Assembly: GCF_004010195.1 (NCBI RefSeq)
Contig: NC_057717.1
Coordinates: forward strand, 107,547,819 to 107,611,818
DNA: 64,000 nt
Source of the DNA: Chiloscyllium plagiosum
Taxonomy: Eukaryota
Direction of reading: 5' to 3'
This document shows positions 27,573 through 41,250 of this stretch, piece by piece. Both the position numbers and the translations under genes were made by a program. The stretch's first letter is position 1; each line of letters starts with the position of its first letter. The notes beneath the pieces are model-generated. The model was given only the letters and a program-made list of their open reading frames with translations, ran no database searches and was not told the origin of the DNA.

Positions 27573-28099
27573 TGAGAATGTGTATCTGGTATGAGCAGGT
27601 AGGGAAAGAGTTAAGTTCTGAATTTTGTGAAACAAGAGGTTCGGCTGAGCATGACTCGGATCAATTAAGAACTTGCAGTTAACAATGGGGTGTTGGAAGC
27701 AAGGGTAATGGTGAAAAAGCATTATTTAGAGCCATTTAACAATATTGGAAGCATTCAATATGTAAGGTCAGTTTCACAAAGTCAAAAGTATTCATTAAGT
27801 GAAGCCAGTTAAAGTTAAGAACATTCATTGTATAACACTAGATGGTTTAATCTTTGCTATTGACACTCTCTGATTGTGATGGTCACCCAATTAATATGTA
27901 TGCTGCCTTATCTGGATGCTCCTCCCAGTAAAATGATTATATAATTCATTAAGAAACTGCTGTTTGAGAGGGAATACCCATGTCTCTGTGCACATGGGCA
28001 ATCGTTCTCGCTCCCTCCAGGGCATGGAATAAAGATGGAGGAAAGACTATACGCTGTCTGAGCATTTTGCTTCGACTGAGGAGGGGGAATGGGAAGACA
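27573..28099 (+). mobile_element. Solo LTR (TG...CA) with 4-bp TSD GAAA
   Basis: Starts TGAGAA and ends AAGACA. GAAA at 27569-27572 and 28100-28103. Internal TATATAA and AATAAA. Homologous to the 45918 and 58156 copies. Confidence 0.8.
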
Positions 28100-30620
28100 G
28101 AAACAGTCTGGCCTCCTGCTTCCCCTCCCAGAGGGAGATTTCAGTCTGCCGAACCAAACTGGTTATTTGTTATTACATGGTGGAGAGAGCCTAGTTGGAA
28201 TGAATGCTTGTTTACTTGTTCAGTTTGGTCTTGGACCTGGTATGCAGGACAGCCCCAGCTTAGCTGTCCAATCCACTAAAATAATTGAACATGTCTTGTA
28301 ATGTGTGATCTCATTCCTTCATCTAGATGCTGATGTCAGCCTTTGGATCTGAATTGAATAAGAAATCATTACATTTACTAATTAAATCTGAATTGGACAA
28401 ATATGTTTGCACAGTGTGAGCAATCTGTCGTAAATGGCTAATGGGTAGGTGCTTAAACTGCACTATCGCCACCAGTGAGATTATGTCCACTTGAAGTACT
28501 CGCTGATGGTAAAGCATTGGGCCTATTACTCAGTGTTGATGAGCTCTGCATTGTTGTCGTCTACCAGCCCCGAGACCTGTTTTCTACGGTTTCATTGCCA
28601 GACAATGCTAATACCACATTTTCCATATCGAGAAATGATTCCACAGGTAACACTGACTCAGTAACTTTTCCCTGATGGTTGTGGTTTACATGTAAGTGCA
28701 AATCCTGTTGTTAGGAAATGTAATCAGCACTGTTAGTCCAGTTTGAACTGTTCCCTGCTTGAATCTATAAGGATGCACCTTTTAGCAGTTGTCAGTGGCG
28801 ATGACCGTTAAACTGGTAACATTGGCCCTTGCTTTCTCCTGGGAAGGTATAAAAGTGAGGGAGGGTGCAGTGTGAGACATTAGGGGTTGATTTCATTACC
28901 AATTGCTCTTGCCTTTGACAGGCTAAGTTTTCTTTTGTGTAGATGGGGCTCAAAGTTTGCTTGGGTTGTGTTGGTCAGTGTGCCAGGGGCTCAAATACTC
29001 TTCCAGTCTTGATTAGAGACCTTCACACTGCCGCCCTCTCCTTATTCAGTAGGTACAGATTGAAACTGAAATAGAAACTTGCAGCTCAGTCACATGGTTA
29101 TTCATTTTTAGCTACTGCTGAAACAAGACCACAGCAAAGACACTCAGTCAGAATATTTTCTTCATCCTACTGGGAGGATTGGCATTTCCCTGTATTGGGA
29201 TTTTGTTTTCCTTTTCAGTGCTTTATTAAAATAAGTTGTTCATCTCTCTAAAATCTGTTCTTTTAAATCTTTTTATTAGCAAATTTTGTCAGGTTTTGGG
29301 AAGCAAGAAATGATGTTCCTTGTGGAAGTGGGTAGTTCTTAAAGGATCAGTTTATTCTTCAGACGACTTGTATATGTCTTAGCCTTGATCCTGCCTCTAC
29401 TGACCTCTGTCAGAAGAGTGGTGGGGCTTTAGTGGGAGGAGACAATGACCTATATTTCTGTCACTGATTATTCTGTTGGAAAGTATATTTGGATGTGAAG
29501 TGAGGACAGGACTGAGCTAGACATCTGCTCCTGTGTTCTTGAGGAACCCACTGAAAGTCCAGAGACCAGGCTGTAAGCCACTTCAGCACGGTATTATCAA
29601 CAGACGTAGAATTGTACCCCAGAGAGGAGTGGGGAAAACTACTGGGGCAAAGTAGGAAACCATCCGCCAAATGTTTTGGCAGTTACCGGTAAACATAGTG
29701 TGAATGTTTGAAAACTGCTGGGGCTGTGTAATGCCCAAAAGGTTGTTTTAAATCTTGAGGCACTTTAGAAATACTTTGGCACACATGACGGTCTTGTTTT
29801 CAGCTACAGCCTTGGCCTTGAGAGGAACAGCTTTCTAATGCAGCAATGTTGTATCTGCACTGGGCTAATGCCCAAGTTTTGCATCATGAATGACAGTGAG
29901 GCAGACAGCACAACTCATGGGCAGTATGATTTGAAGCCTGCAAATAGGTAGACATCCAAAAGCTGATGTCTGGGTTGCCTTGAACCTCCACATGTTTTTA
30001 CTGAAAGGCTCTGCATTGAAGACAGTGAAAGGTCATGAAGTTGCTCAACTTACCTGTGATGTGTGCAGGATAGGTTGGGACTGGTGTGTTGGTGTCCAGG
30101 TGAATTTTTAAAAGCATGTTAAATCCCAATTATTGTCAACAAAGTCTCTGGCAGTGAAAACAGAGCGGAATTTATTTTTTCCCAAATGTTAATGTTGGAG
30201 ATTCTGAAAATTTAACTTTAACATTTTTCTGTCTTTAGTTTACTCTCAACTCCACCTTTCTTTCCTTCACTTTACTTATTTTCTGTATAAACTTTAAAAT
30301 GTTGTACAAATGTTCAAGTTTATCTTCCTGGTTTAGACTCTTAGAGCTAAATTAGATACCTCCTGAAACTGGATTTGGGGTTGGAGTGAGTGGCCCAGAC
30401 CTATTCATTGTAAACCACGCAATAGACTTCAGATTCAACCTGTGTCAATAATTCATCTTCGTCCAGAGGATGTCTAAATAGTCCCAAACCCTCCAGTACT
30501 TTTTCCAAGTAGTCCTTAAACCGAAATTTGTTCCCAGCACTCCTCGTAGCTGCCATACAACACTCCTACACCTTGCAAGGTTTGTAGCTCAGGTTGAGGT
30601 TTAGGGCGTAGGTTTGATAT

Positions 30621-30660
30621 CCAGACGTTTCATTACCTGGCTAGGTAACATCATCAGTGG
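30621..30660 (-). ncRNA. Minimal type-I hammerhead ribozyme motif (family C), intact core
   Basis: Minus strand reads CCA-CTGATGA-T-GTTACC-TAGCCA-GGTAAT-GAAAC-GTC-TGG; stem I is CCA/TGG. Confidence 0.8.
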
Positions 30661-30933
30661 CGACCTCCAAGTGAAGCGAAGCTGTTGTCTCCTGCTTTCT
30701 ATTTGTTTGTCCTGGATGGGGTTCCTGGGGTTTGTGGTGATGTCATTTCCTGTTCATTTTCTGAGGGGTTGATAGATGGTATCTAGACCTAATATGTTTG
30801 TTAATGGCGTTGTGGTTGGAGTGCCAGGCCTCTCAGAATTCTCTGGCATAAGTCTAGAACCGCAGGAACCCCATCCAGGACAAACAAACAAATAGAAAGC
30901 AGGAGACAACAGCTTTGCTTCACTTGGAGGTCG

Positions 30934-30973
30934 CTACTGATGATGTTACCTAGCCAGGTAATGAAACGTCTGG
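30934..30973 (+). ncRNA. Minimal type-I hammerhead ribozyme motif (family C), intact core
   Basis: CTA-CTGATGA-T-GTTACC-TAGCCA-GGTAAT-GAAAC-GTC-TGG. Confidence 0.8.
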
Positions 30974-31327
30974 ATATCAAATCTACAGCTCAGCGAGCAA
31001 ACCTACACCCTATTCCTACACCTTTATCAGACTGCAAATGCAACAGACAATATTTTTAAAATTCCTGCGATAAGGTCGTTAATGAGCTCGTCAATTAGTG
31101 ATTTACAAATGGCAGACACATTGCGAACTCTGCAGCTTCTCCCCATCCCTAAGTTGAGAGATTCGCTGTTATCGCACCCTCCTTTACATTCCTCCCACCC
31201 CCCTGCCCTGCTCTGCCCCGGGGGGTGGGAAGGGAGCTGGTTTGTGAATATAAAATTCAGCTGTGTGGGGACTGTAGTTGGATGCGGAAGGTAATGCGGA
31301 GAATTTTCCTACAATGAGTGTCTAATC

Positions 31328-33587
31328 CCGGAAGCGACGGCTTACCGGTCGAGCTTTATTCTGCTCTGTGGGACTTGATTGGCTAGGACCTGCTGGAGGT
31401 GTATGTCAGTATGCTTCGGACAGGTACCATGAGTGAATCCATGAGGAAAGGCGTCATCATCCTCATCTACAAGCGGAAGGGGGAGAGGGAGGAACTCAAA
31501 AATTGGAGACCAATCTCACTGTTGAATGCGGATTACAAAATTCTGTCAAAGGTAATCACCAACCGAGTCAGGTCTGCTCTGGGGTCGGTGATTCACCCTG
31601 ACCAAACCTGTGCTATGCCGGGCATGAAGATCGCTGAGTCTTGCACTCCTCAGAGATACGATTGCGTACGTGCAGGACAGAGGGTTGGACACCTGCCTGA
31701 TCAGCCTGGACCAGGAGAAAGCCTTTGACAGGATATCACACAGGTGCCTGAGAGATGTTCTCTCCAAAATGGGCTTTGGGGAGGGAATCTACAATTGGAT
31801 CAGACTGCTCTACGCCAACATTGTCAGTGCAGTCTCAATCAATGGGTGGGAATCAGATAGCTTCCCAGTCAGATCTGGAGTCAGGCAGGGCTGCCCTCTC
31901 TCCTGCCTTGTTTGTGTGCTGCATAGAGTCATTTGCCGAGTCCATCAGGAAGGATGCGAGCCTGAGAGGGGTGACTATTCCTGGCAGCAGGGACCTGCAG
32001 GTTAAGGCCTCCCTGTACATGGATGATGTCGCCGTGTTCTGCTCGGATCCGCTGTCCGTGCGCAGCCTCATGTGCATTTGTGACCAGTTCGAACGGGCCT
32101 CGGGGGCCAAGGTAAACCAAGGCGAGAGCGAGGCCATGCTCTTCAGGAACTGGGCCGACCAATCCTCGATCCCCTTCACCGTCAGGACTGACCACCTGAA
32201 GGTGCTGGGTATTTGGTTCGGGGGGGGGGTGCTGGGCATGCGCCACGGAGGGGCTGGGGCATGCGCCAAGTCTTGGGAGGAGTGTATCAGCAAAGTGAGG
32301 CAGAAACTGGGCAGATGGAAGCTACGGTCGCGCTCCATCGCGGGGAAAAAACCTGGTCATCAGGTGTGAGGCACTGTCATTGCTATTATGCGTGACACAG
32401 GTCTGGCCTATTCCCAGAACCTGTGCCGCTGCAGTCACCCGGGCCATCTTCCAGTTTATATGGAGGTCAAAGATGGACCGGGTCTGAAGGGACTCGCTGT
32501 ACCAAGATCTGGGCAAAAGGGGAAAAAATACAAACAATGCCACCCTCACCCTGATGGCCACCTTTGTGTGAGGCTGCATCAAGCTGTGCGTGGATCCCCG
32601 GTACGCAAACACCAAGTGTCACTACGTACTGAGGTTCTACCTGTCCCCAATGTTGCGAAGGATGGGCCTGGCCTCGCTGCCGCGGAACGCTCCGAGTAGT
32701 TGGACCGTTCCGTATCCCCAGTCCTTCGTGGAGAAGTTTATGAACAAAAACACTTTTGACCACAAGTCCATCAGGAAGTGGTCAGCACGTAGTGTCCTTG
32801 AGACCCTTTGGGAAAAGGAGAGGGCGGATCCTATTGAGCGGTTCCCTGAGCAGATTGTCAAAGCCATTTGGCAGAATGCCTCATCGTCAGAACTTTCCAA
32901 TAAGCACCAAGACATGGCTTGGCTGTGGTGAGATGGGCTCTGCCTGTGAGATCCTTTATGCACGCCCAGACTCTCAGCCGCACCGCTCACTGCCCTCGAA
33001 GCGGCTGCGGAGGAGACGAGACTGTCACACACCTCCCTCTGGGATGTGCCTACGCAGAAGAAGTCTGGAGAGGAATGCAGTGGTGTTTGTCGAGGTTCGT
33101 CCCGAGCAGCGCTGAGACGCGGGACTCCATGCTCTACGGCCTGTTCCCCGGGGCGCACACCGAGACAAACATCAACTGTGCCTGGAGGATCATCAACTCG
33201 GTGAAGGACGCTCTCTGGGCAAGCCGAAACCTGCCGATCTTCTAGCTGAAGGAGTTGACCCCGACTGAGTGTTGCAGACTGGCACATTCCGAGGTCCAGG
33301 ACTACGTGTTGAGGGACGTGCTGAAGCCTGGGGCAGCTGCCGCCAAGGCGCGGTGGGGAAAGACCACTGAGTAACGTCTGCCTGCCTAAAGAAGAACAGG
33401 GGGCCCACGCAGTCATTTGGGCTCTGCTGACGCCTCAGCTCAAAATGTAATCATACAGACCTGTAAATAGGAATGATTACTCTGTTTCGGTATGCAAACA
33501 AATGGAATGTTTACATATGTATGGCATGTCCAGTTGTATAGATCATCAAAGTATTTATGAATAAAGTATATTTTTGAAATAAAAAAA
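31328..33587 (+). mobile_element. Tx1/L1-clade non-LTR retrotransposon, 5'-truncated ORF2 (RT + C-terminal zinc finger), frameshifted
   Basis: PGSDGLP, LKNWRPISLLNADYKIL, LDQEKAFDRISH, SGVRQGCPLS, LYMDDV and CPRSGCGGDETVTHL. AATAAA + poly(A). TSD GTGTCTAATC at 31318-31327 and 33588-33597. Confidence 0.92.
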
Positions 33588-35289
33588 GTGTCTAATCTGA
33601 AATAGTCATCCTGTTGCCCTGGCTTACTATTGACTCCATAGCTAATCTACATGGATGACATCTAATACCCTCTGAAATAAATGATCAGGAGAAGGCAGCT
33701 CATTCTTGCTGAGAATCAGGGGGTGGTTAGGAAATACTGCTGGATGATTTGAGTCATAAGCTTGGAAACAGACCCATTGGTCTAATCAGTCCATGCTGAA
33801 CATAATCTCAAACTAAACTAGCCCCACCTGTCTGCTCCTGGCCCTTATCCCTCCAAACCTTCTTGATTCATGTACTTTTAAAAGTTGTAACTGTACCTGT
33901 ATCCCCCACTTTCTCTGGAAGTTCATTTCACATCCAAACCATCCTTTTTTCTATTAAAAAAAGTTTGTTTTAATGTGCTAACTGCAAACTATGGATTGTC
34001 AGGCCATCTATGGGAACACTTTACTGCTCTCTATGTAAATAGGATACAGTGTGGCAATCAGTGAGGAAGGAACTTGGTGCATTCCATGCTGCACTGTGCG
34101 AACTCTATGTAATTACAGATATGCAGCCTTTTTCCCAAACAGATTGATGCTCTGTCTCTACAAAGTTGAAGAACAATATATTTTTTATTTGGAGCTTTCA
34201 TCCAAATGAGGTTTCAGGTTGATCCACATTTAACAACCTGCTCTGAAAACTGTATATTGACAGCTGTAAAAGAAAATTCCATTCAGCAGCTGAGACAATC
34301 TGTAACATTCTAATTAAAACATCTCTCAGCATTCTTATTGATTTGCACAATATTATCAGATTCTTTACAATATTCCATAACTCAGATTCTTCTCTTTATG
34401 AAGCAGCTGTTTAATTTATTAATTACACCAGTTGAAAGGATCTGGTTTTCCAACATAGGATGTTTAAAGTTCCTATGTGCTTTATAGACATTGTAATCAG
34501 ACTAAGCTGGCCATAGAGGATGGATAGCCAATAACTTGGTCAGAGACATAGATGCTTTGTAGTGAGAGGAGGTTGAAATTGCAGTGTTTGGGTGTAGGCA
34601 AAGTGCAAAATGCACAAGTGGTCAGAATTGCAGGAATGTAGAGACTCTTGAGAATTGTTGGCCAGAGCACGTCAGGAATATTTGTCTATTATGAAGAAAT
34701 ATGGCTTTTTAAGATAAGTTTTATATTAATGTGAATCAGTCTCTGGAGACCAGTTTCTACATTACTTATTTATAACTATACAGCTGCAGTTATGGTCCAC
34801 CGCTTCTCAGCGGAACTTGATGGTTCTTTTTATTCATGAATATGCCGCCGGTTAGGGCAGGACTTATTGCCTTTGCTTAACAACATGGTACTGTGGGAGT
34901 TGAACTGCAACAAATCGTGAAGATTCAGTTCTTTAATTTACTTTCCTTTCCCCTATTTGCTTTTTGACCAGAATAATAGATACCCTGTCTTCATTGGGAA
35001 GTAACAAGATGCCAGTTTAGTCTGAGGAGTGGAGAAAGTCAGGGTGCAGGTACTCAGGGCAACAAAACACTTCCAGGGCACTCTGATCATACATTGATGC
35101 AGTTCCTGCACTTACTGTTGCTTTGAAAGCAACACAATACAAACATAAACAGGAAACTTTGTACACCCCAGTCCAACACTGGCATCTCCAAATCATAAAC
35201 AGGAAAGCAAGTTATGAGGATTCAAAGTGTCTACAAAGAGATAGCGATTGAATGAGCGGGCAATGGTTTGACAAGTTGACTATAATGTA

Positions 35290-36030
35290 GGCAATAATGT
35301 AGGGAAATAGAAACCAGAATGTTTTTTAATATAGAGAAACTGCCGGATGCTGGCATGCGGATGAGTTTTGGTGTCCTTATCCGTGGATTACAGAACATTA
35401 TGCCGACACAGTAAGTGATTAAGAAGGCAAACAATGTTCAACTTAATAGTAAGATGCAGTACTATAAAAATAGAGGAGGCTTGCTATAATTGTCCCGAAC
35501 ATTGTTGATACCATTCCGAATGTATTGTGTACAGTTTTGTTCTGCTCACTAAAGGAGGGGTGGAAATATTTTGAGGCATCCAGGGAAGGTCACTCATTCC
35601 TGAGATGAAGAGCTTATCTTCAGAGGAACAATTGGAGATGTTGGCCTACACCCAAATAAAGGGATCTTATTGAAATATACAAGATTTTGAGGACTTGACT
35701 GGGTAGATGCTGAGAGGATGTTTCTTCATGGGGACTCCAGATTTGGGAGGCAAATTCAAAGCAAGGTGTCTACCATTTAAGATGGAGATGAGGAAGAATT
35801 TCTTCTGAGGGTAGTTAATTTGGTTTTGGAATTCTTTTCTCCTAGGAGAAGTAGAGACTGGGTCACTGTTGATTTCAACCTTTCAAGATTGTCAGATATT
35901 TATTGACAAAATTAGTACAGAAAAGTGATGGAAAACAGACTGGAAGGTATAAAGATCATACAAGATTATAGACGATCTGTTTATGATACCACAGCTTTCA
36001 GAGGCTGAATGACCTACTCTTGATCTGATG
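35290..36030 (+). mobile_element. Old CR1 LINE 3' fragment
   Basis: Degenerate ORF2 C-terminus and tail GAGGCTGAATGACCTACTCTTG. Confidence 0.6.
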
Positions 36031-36646
36031 ACCACCAACAAAATCTACCATCTTCACAATCTAAAAGGCATAATCGTAGGAAGCTGATTTGAGAGACCAC
36101 CACCTACGGGTTCCCCTCAAAGCTGCACACCATCTTGATTTAGAGCTAACGTTGCTCCTTCACTGTCTATGGGTCGAAATCCTGTAAATCCTTCCCTAAC
36201 ATCTCTCGCTGTACACTCCACGGATTTTAGTAGTTCAAGAAGGCAAGTCACCAGCACCTTCTCCAGGGCAGTTAGGGATGGACAGTAAATGTTAGCCCAG
36301 CCAGCAAATTTCAAATCCTGTGAATTAATAGCTTAGCATGTTGGATTTTGTCCATTCTCTCTTTCACATTGTGTGCAGTAGTATAATTGTAACCTTGTGA
36401 GCTTAGCTGAGCACTGGAGCCGTGGTAACAACAATAAACAGTATAGAATCATAGCATTTGACAACACAGGAGGCGGCCTTCTGCTCCCAAAAGAGCTACC
36501 CATTCTCCAGCCCTTTCTCTGTAGCCCCAAAAAATCATCACTTTCAAATATGTATGATTTGGAGATGCCGGTGTTGGACTGGGGTGTACAAAGTTAAAAA
36601 TCACACAACACCAGGTTATAGTCCAACAGGTTTAATTGGAAGCACA

Positions 36647-36676
36647 CTAGCTTTCGGAGCGACGCTCCTTCATCAG
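36647..36676 (-). ncRNA. Minimal type-I hammerhead motif (family B) at the end of a Penelope-derived insertion (about 36553-36676)
   Basis: Minus strand reads CTGATGA-A-GGAGC-GTC-GCTCC-GAAA-GCTA-G, with palindromic AGCT in place of helix III. Stem I is truncated at the junction. Confidence 0.7.
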
Positions 36677-38599
36677 ATTTCCTCTTCTAAAATGCATGAC
36701 CTCACATTTCCCAGCATTGAAATTAATCTGTTAGACACCTGTCCATTTGGCCAACTGATTGATGCGCTCTGAAGTAACTCAGTGGCATCTTCATAATTCA
36801 CTACTTTCCCTAGCTTAGTGTTATCTGCAAGTGTAGAGATTTTACCGTCAACATCCATCAACAAATCATTTATGTAAATCAGAAAAAGCAAGGGTCCAAA
36901 CTCCTGATCCCAGGGTGACATTACTTTCAATTTGTCTCCAGTCTGTGAAATGTCCATCTATACCTACTGTTTCCCATCTTTTAACCAACTTCTAATCCAT
37001 GTTGCCAATCTCGAACATTTCTAATTTGCTCACCAGCTTGCTGTGTGCCCCTAGCAATTGCTTTCTGAATGTCCAAATATCCACAACTTCCACTGCCTGT
37101 GTCACCTCATCAAAGGACTCAATTAAAATTTGTTGAGGCATTACTTACCCTTGACAAAGCCATGTTGACTGTCTAGTATTAACTTATTTTTGTCTGTTTT
37201 TATTTACCTTAACCTGTATTATGGCCTTCATCAGTTGTTATCAAGCTGTCAGATCTGTAGTTTCCTGGGTTATCCTTTGCCCCATAAACCATGGTATCAC
37301 AATTCCAATCTTCCAGTCCCCCTGGGACAAATCCAGTATTCGGAGAGGCCTGGAAACAGCTTCACAATTTGCTCCCTTACCCCTCTCAGCAATTTAGGAT
37401 ATATCCCACTTGTGCCTGGGGACTTCAGTGCCTGGAGTGCTGCCTGCCTGTTTAGCACCTCTTTAGTTATCTCAGTACCACTCAATTGTTCCCAGCCCAC
37501 AGTTGCTCAAATAGGCCATTGTGACCATTTTGTAATCTAGTAAAAATGGAAGGAAAGTCAAGTCCTCTGGCATACCTTTCGCTTCTGTAAGCAATTTCTC
37601 CTGCTTGTTCCTGATGAGCCCCACTCTATCCTTCACTAATCTTTTACTATTATGATGTTTGAAGAACATTTTACTACTTGTTTTAGTGCAACCTGCCATC
37701 CTTTCCTCATGTTTCCTCTTAGCATTCCTTATTCCAGCCTGCATTTGTGATATTCTTCCTGATTTCTATTGCTATTATTATTCCGGTATGCATCATATGT
37801 CTCCTTTTTCTCTTATTTTTTTCATCAATATCCTTAGTCATTTGGGTACTCTACATTTGAATACCCTGTATCATGGATATGTACCTAGCTTGTATCTATT
37901 CATCTCTCCCATTTTTCACCTGTTTTATCCCCCAAAATGTTTCAATTGCTCCAATTCAGCTTTTAGACCCATAAAATCTGTTTTCCAGTCTGGAATCTTG
38001 ATCCTTGACTGATTTTTATCCTTTTCCAAGGTAATATCGAACTTCACTATATAATGATCATTATTTCCCAAATGCTCCCTAGCTCTGATGTTCTCCAGTT
38101 GGTCTGTCTCATTCCCTAGGACCAGATCCAACACCCCACACTCCCTCGTGGGACTGAAAATGTACTGTTCCAGAAGTTCTCCTGCACATATCGTAGGAAT
38201 TCCCCCACCCCCTTCTGTGCCCCACACTCTACCTTTTTCCCAGTCTATTCTGAGGTAATTGAAATCACCAACTGTCACAGCCCCACTTGTCCTATAAGGT
38301 TTCTATAATCTGTGTACAAATGCTCTCTTCTACTTCCTTCCATTATTTGGAGGTCTAAGGGTTACACCCGAAACATTGCAGCTCCCCTTACATCCAACCC
38401 CAGTCCTGAAGAAGAGTTACATCCAAAAAGTTGACTTCTCCACTTCCTGCTGTTGCCTGGCTTGCTGTGTTCTTCCAGGCACCTGCTTGTCTACCTAGGA
38501 TTTCAGCATCTGCAGTGTTTTTGTCTCCTCATAATAAATACTCAGCAACCCCCCCCCCCCCAAGCCAACACCTTCCTGTTTCCCATCTCCAAACATATA

Positions 38600-38759
38600 C
38601 AGAGGAACCTCGATTTTCCGAAGGACTCGGGCAGAGAGAATTTTGTTTGGTTAGTTTGAATTCTGGATGATCGAATGCAGGAGAACTTAGTTTAGACACG
38701 CGTTGGAACCTTGCGGTCTTGCTGGATAATTCGGTATTTAGATAATTGAGGTTCCTCTG
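38600..38759. mobile_element. Tc1/mariner-superfamily (Tigger/pogo-like) MITE, 160 bp
   Basis: Terminal inverted repeats CAGAGGAACCTCGATT / AATTGAGGTTCCTCTG, flanked by TA at 38598-38599 and 38760-38761. Confidence 0.85.
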
Positions 38760-40464
38760 TAGATTCTAATTCAGGAACTGAATCTTCAAGGGCTATGATA
38801 TTATCTGTTACCAAGACACTTACGCCACCTCCTCTATTTTTACCCCTGCCTGTTGCTGTAAAAAGCCTTCTAACCTGGGATGTTAAATATTCAGTTCTGT
38901 TCTGACGTAAGCCATATTTCTGTCAGTGCTACTGTGTCATATCCCCAGAGCAATTTCTGCTTTCAGTTCTCCAGTTTTGTTTTCTATATTCCACGCATTT
39001 ATCACTTTCTTGCCCATAGAAGGTGACCGTAATCTTTGTTCATCTTCGGAGGGTCAGTGTGGACTTGTTTCCACACTAAGTAATCCTAATCTAATCTAAT
39101 TGTCAACACTCAAGCCTTCCCCCCCCACTGCCTTTTTGCCTCTGTCCTGATATTTTCTCTTTTTTGCACTGTTTGGTAGTTCTATTAGTCAACCTACCTG
39201 GTCACCTGCCTTAGAAATGTAGATCCCTTCCCTCCTCCGCACATGCACCACAGCCACTGGTTGTACACCCTCTCTTTCCAAATGTTTATCCAGTCATTCC
39301 TGAACCCTTGCACCGAGGAGGCAACGGACCATAGGGACTCACCTCAGTTGCAAATTAGATTGTCTCACTCTTGAACTAGTGAGTCGCCCATTATTGCCAC
39401 ATCTGATCTGCTTACCAGCCTTTCTCTCTCTTCCCAGAGTAGTCTTGGGCATCACGGTACTGTGGTTCTCCCGCAAGTCATAAAAGAATCATCATAGAAT
39501 CTCTTATCGTGTGGCCCATCAAGTCCACACCAACCTTCTGAAGAGCATCTCCCCCAGACCACCCCCCTATCCTAGCCCTGTAACCCTAATCCACACAGTT
39601 GCCTGAGGGTGGAGTTGAACCTGGGTGCCTGGCATTACGAGGCAGCAGTGCTAACCACTGACCCACTGTGCCTTCCTTATAGGCGTCCCTTGTGGAGTCA
39701 TCCACCCCAGATTCAGTCATGTTGCTCACTGATTAGATGTTTAAAATTTCATACCAGGAGTCCTGGGTTTTGTGGACCTGCTGTTTCCTTTCCTTTCAGT
39801 GAAGAATCTCCCACTCTTCTGTCTCTGCACTCCTCGTTGCCAGCCTGTCATGATGCAGACTGACCACTCTGGTACAACTGTCCCAGGTACCCCTCCTTTT
39901 GTACAGTGCACAGAGGAAAATAGTTGCTCCAAGTCAGTCTCAAGTTATTCAAAGACTGCTATCTTCTGGCACTTCATGCACTGTGACTATCCTGGATGTC
40001 TTGTGTATCCACAATTCCCACATTTTACATACCATATATATTGCATGCTTTCCCAGAGCCCCTGTCATCTTTACTGGTAAAGATGATGCACACTGCTGAG
40101 GCCCTGTTGTTTCTAAGTCGCAAACAAATTTTCCGGCAGCCAGTCTCTCTTTGGTTTGAGGAGGAGGGAGGGAAGCACTAATGTTTGGGGCTTCACCGTT
40201 TTTTGACACTGAGTACTCCCACAATCCTCTTCTCGGTTGTGACTTCTTCCAGATTCATCCTCAGTCACTTCTCACTCGTGGCCAAGTTGCCTTGTCTTTC
40301 ATGACCTTCAAGTGGTCCTTACTGACGGAACCTCTCCAAACCCTATCTCTGTGCAGACTAGTGAGAAACTCTGGATTGCGCCAACTCTCCTCTGTTTTCC
40401 TGGCTGTAACGCTGCATCCCGTCTGCAGCAAATTATCCAAAGGTCTGGGGATAATTGAACAGAA

Positions 40465-40797
40465 CACTCTGCCGAGGACATGGAGATCCTGGGCCTCCTT
40501 CACCGCCGCTCCCTCACCACCAGACGCCTGGAGGAAGAACACCTCATCTTCCGCCTCGGAACATTTGAACCCCAGGGCATCAATGTGGACTTCAATAGTT
40601 TCCTCATTTNNNNNNNNNNNNNNNNNNNAGCTTATCTCTCCACGCTTCAGGCTCTCTGCCTTTATTCCTGATGAAGGGCTTTTGCCCAAAATGTCAACTT
40701 TGCTGCTCCTCGGATGCTGCCTGAACTGCTGTGCTCTTCCAGTACCACTAATCCAAAAGCTGGTTTCCAGCATCTGCAGTTATTGTTTTTACCTAGT
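40465..40797 (+). mobile_element. Penelope-like element 3' end (family A)
   Basis: ORF 40480 RRLEEEHLIFRLGTFEPQGINVDF (Penelope ORF C-terminus). Degenerate hammerhead at about 40668-40695. Confidence 0.8.
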
Positions 40798-40927
40798 TGA
40801 TTTTAACAAGCAGGAAACTGTCAGCCTTGACTGTTTCAATCTAAATCCAAAACAGAAGAGGTTGGTGTATGCATTCCTCCGGAATGGAGCTATAGTTACC
40901 GATGACTCCTTCTCTGAAGTTTGTGAA

Positions 40928-41250
40928 TAGAGTCATATGGCACAGAAACAGACCCTTCAATCCAATTCACCCATTCCAATCAAATTTCCCAAACCCAAGT
41001 TAGTCCAACTTGGCCCATATCCCTTTAAACCTTTCCTATTTATGTATCTGTCCAAGTATCATTTAAATGTTGTAACTATACCTGCATCTGCCACTTCTTT
41101 GACAGCTCATTCCATATGCACACCACCCTCGGTGTGAAAAAGTTGTCCCTCTGGTCCCTTCTAAAATCTTTCTCCTCTCACCTTAAAAATGTGCCTCTTA
41201 ATTTTGAACTCCCCTACCCTGGGGAAGAGACCTTTGCTATTTACCTCATC
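40928..41250 (-). mobile_element. CR1 LINE 3' tail (similar copies at about 33750-33950, 42405-42870, 49750-50590 and 58820-59252)
   Basis: AGAGTCATA..CAGAAACAGACCCTTC start, as in the other reverse-oriented CR1 tails. Confidence 0.75.

Larger units (their letters stand above)
30575..31013. mobile_element. Fold-back Penelope-derived element (family C) with 11-bp TSD and a hammerhead in each arm
   Basis: About 125-bp inverted arms (30608-30732 vs 30858-30987). TCCTACACCTT at 30564-30574 and 31014-31024. Confidence 0.85.
36420..39000 (-). mobile_element. Decayed CR1 LINE ORF2 (endonuclease + RT) with nested insertions
   Basis: ORF 37925-38278 VGDFNY...LDLVLGN..HLGNNDH; ORF 36673-36957 GPLLFLIYINDL...ADNTKLG. 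Confidence 0.8.

Noticed and set aside
32637..33416. 259-aa minus-strand ORF and other overlapping ORFs in 31399-33416
   Set aside because: Antisense or alternative frames of the GC-rich Tx1/L1 element.
39609..40460. Cluster of 60-250 aa ORFs
   Set aside because: No recognisable domain or splice structure; lies among TE debris.
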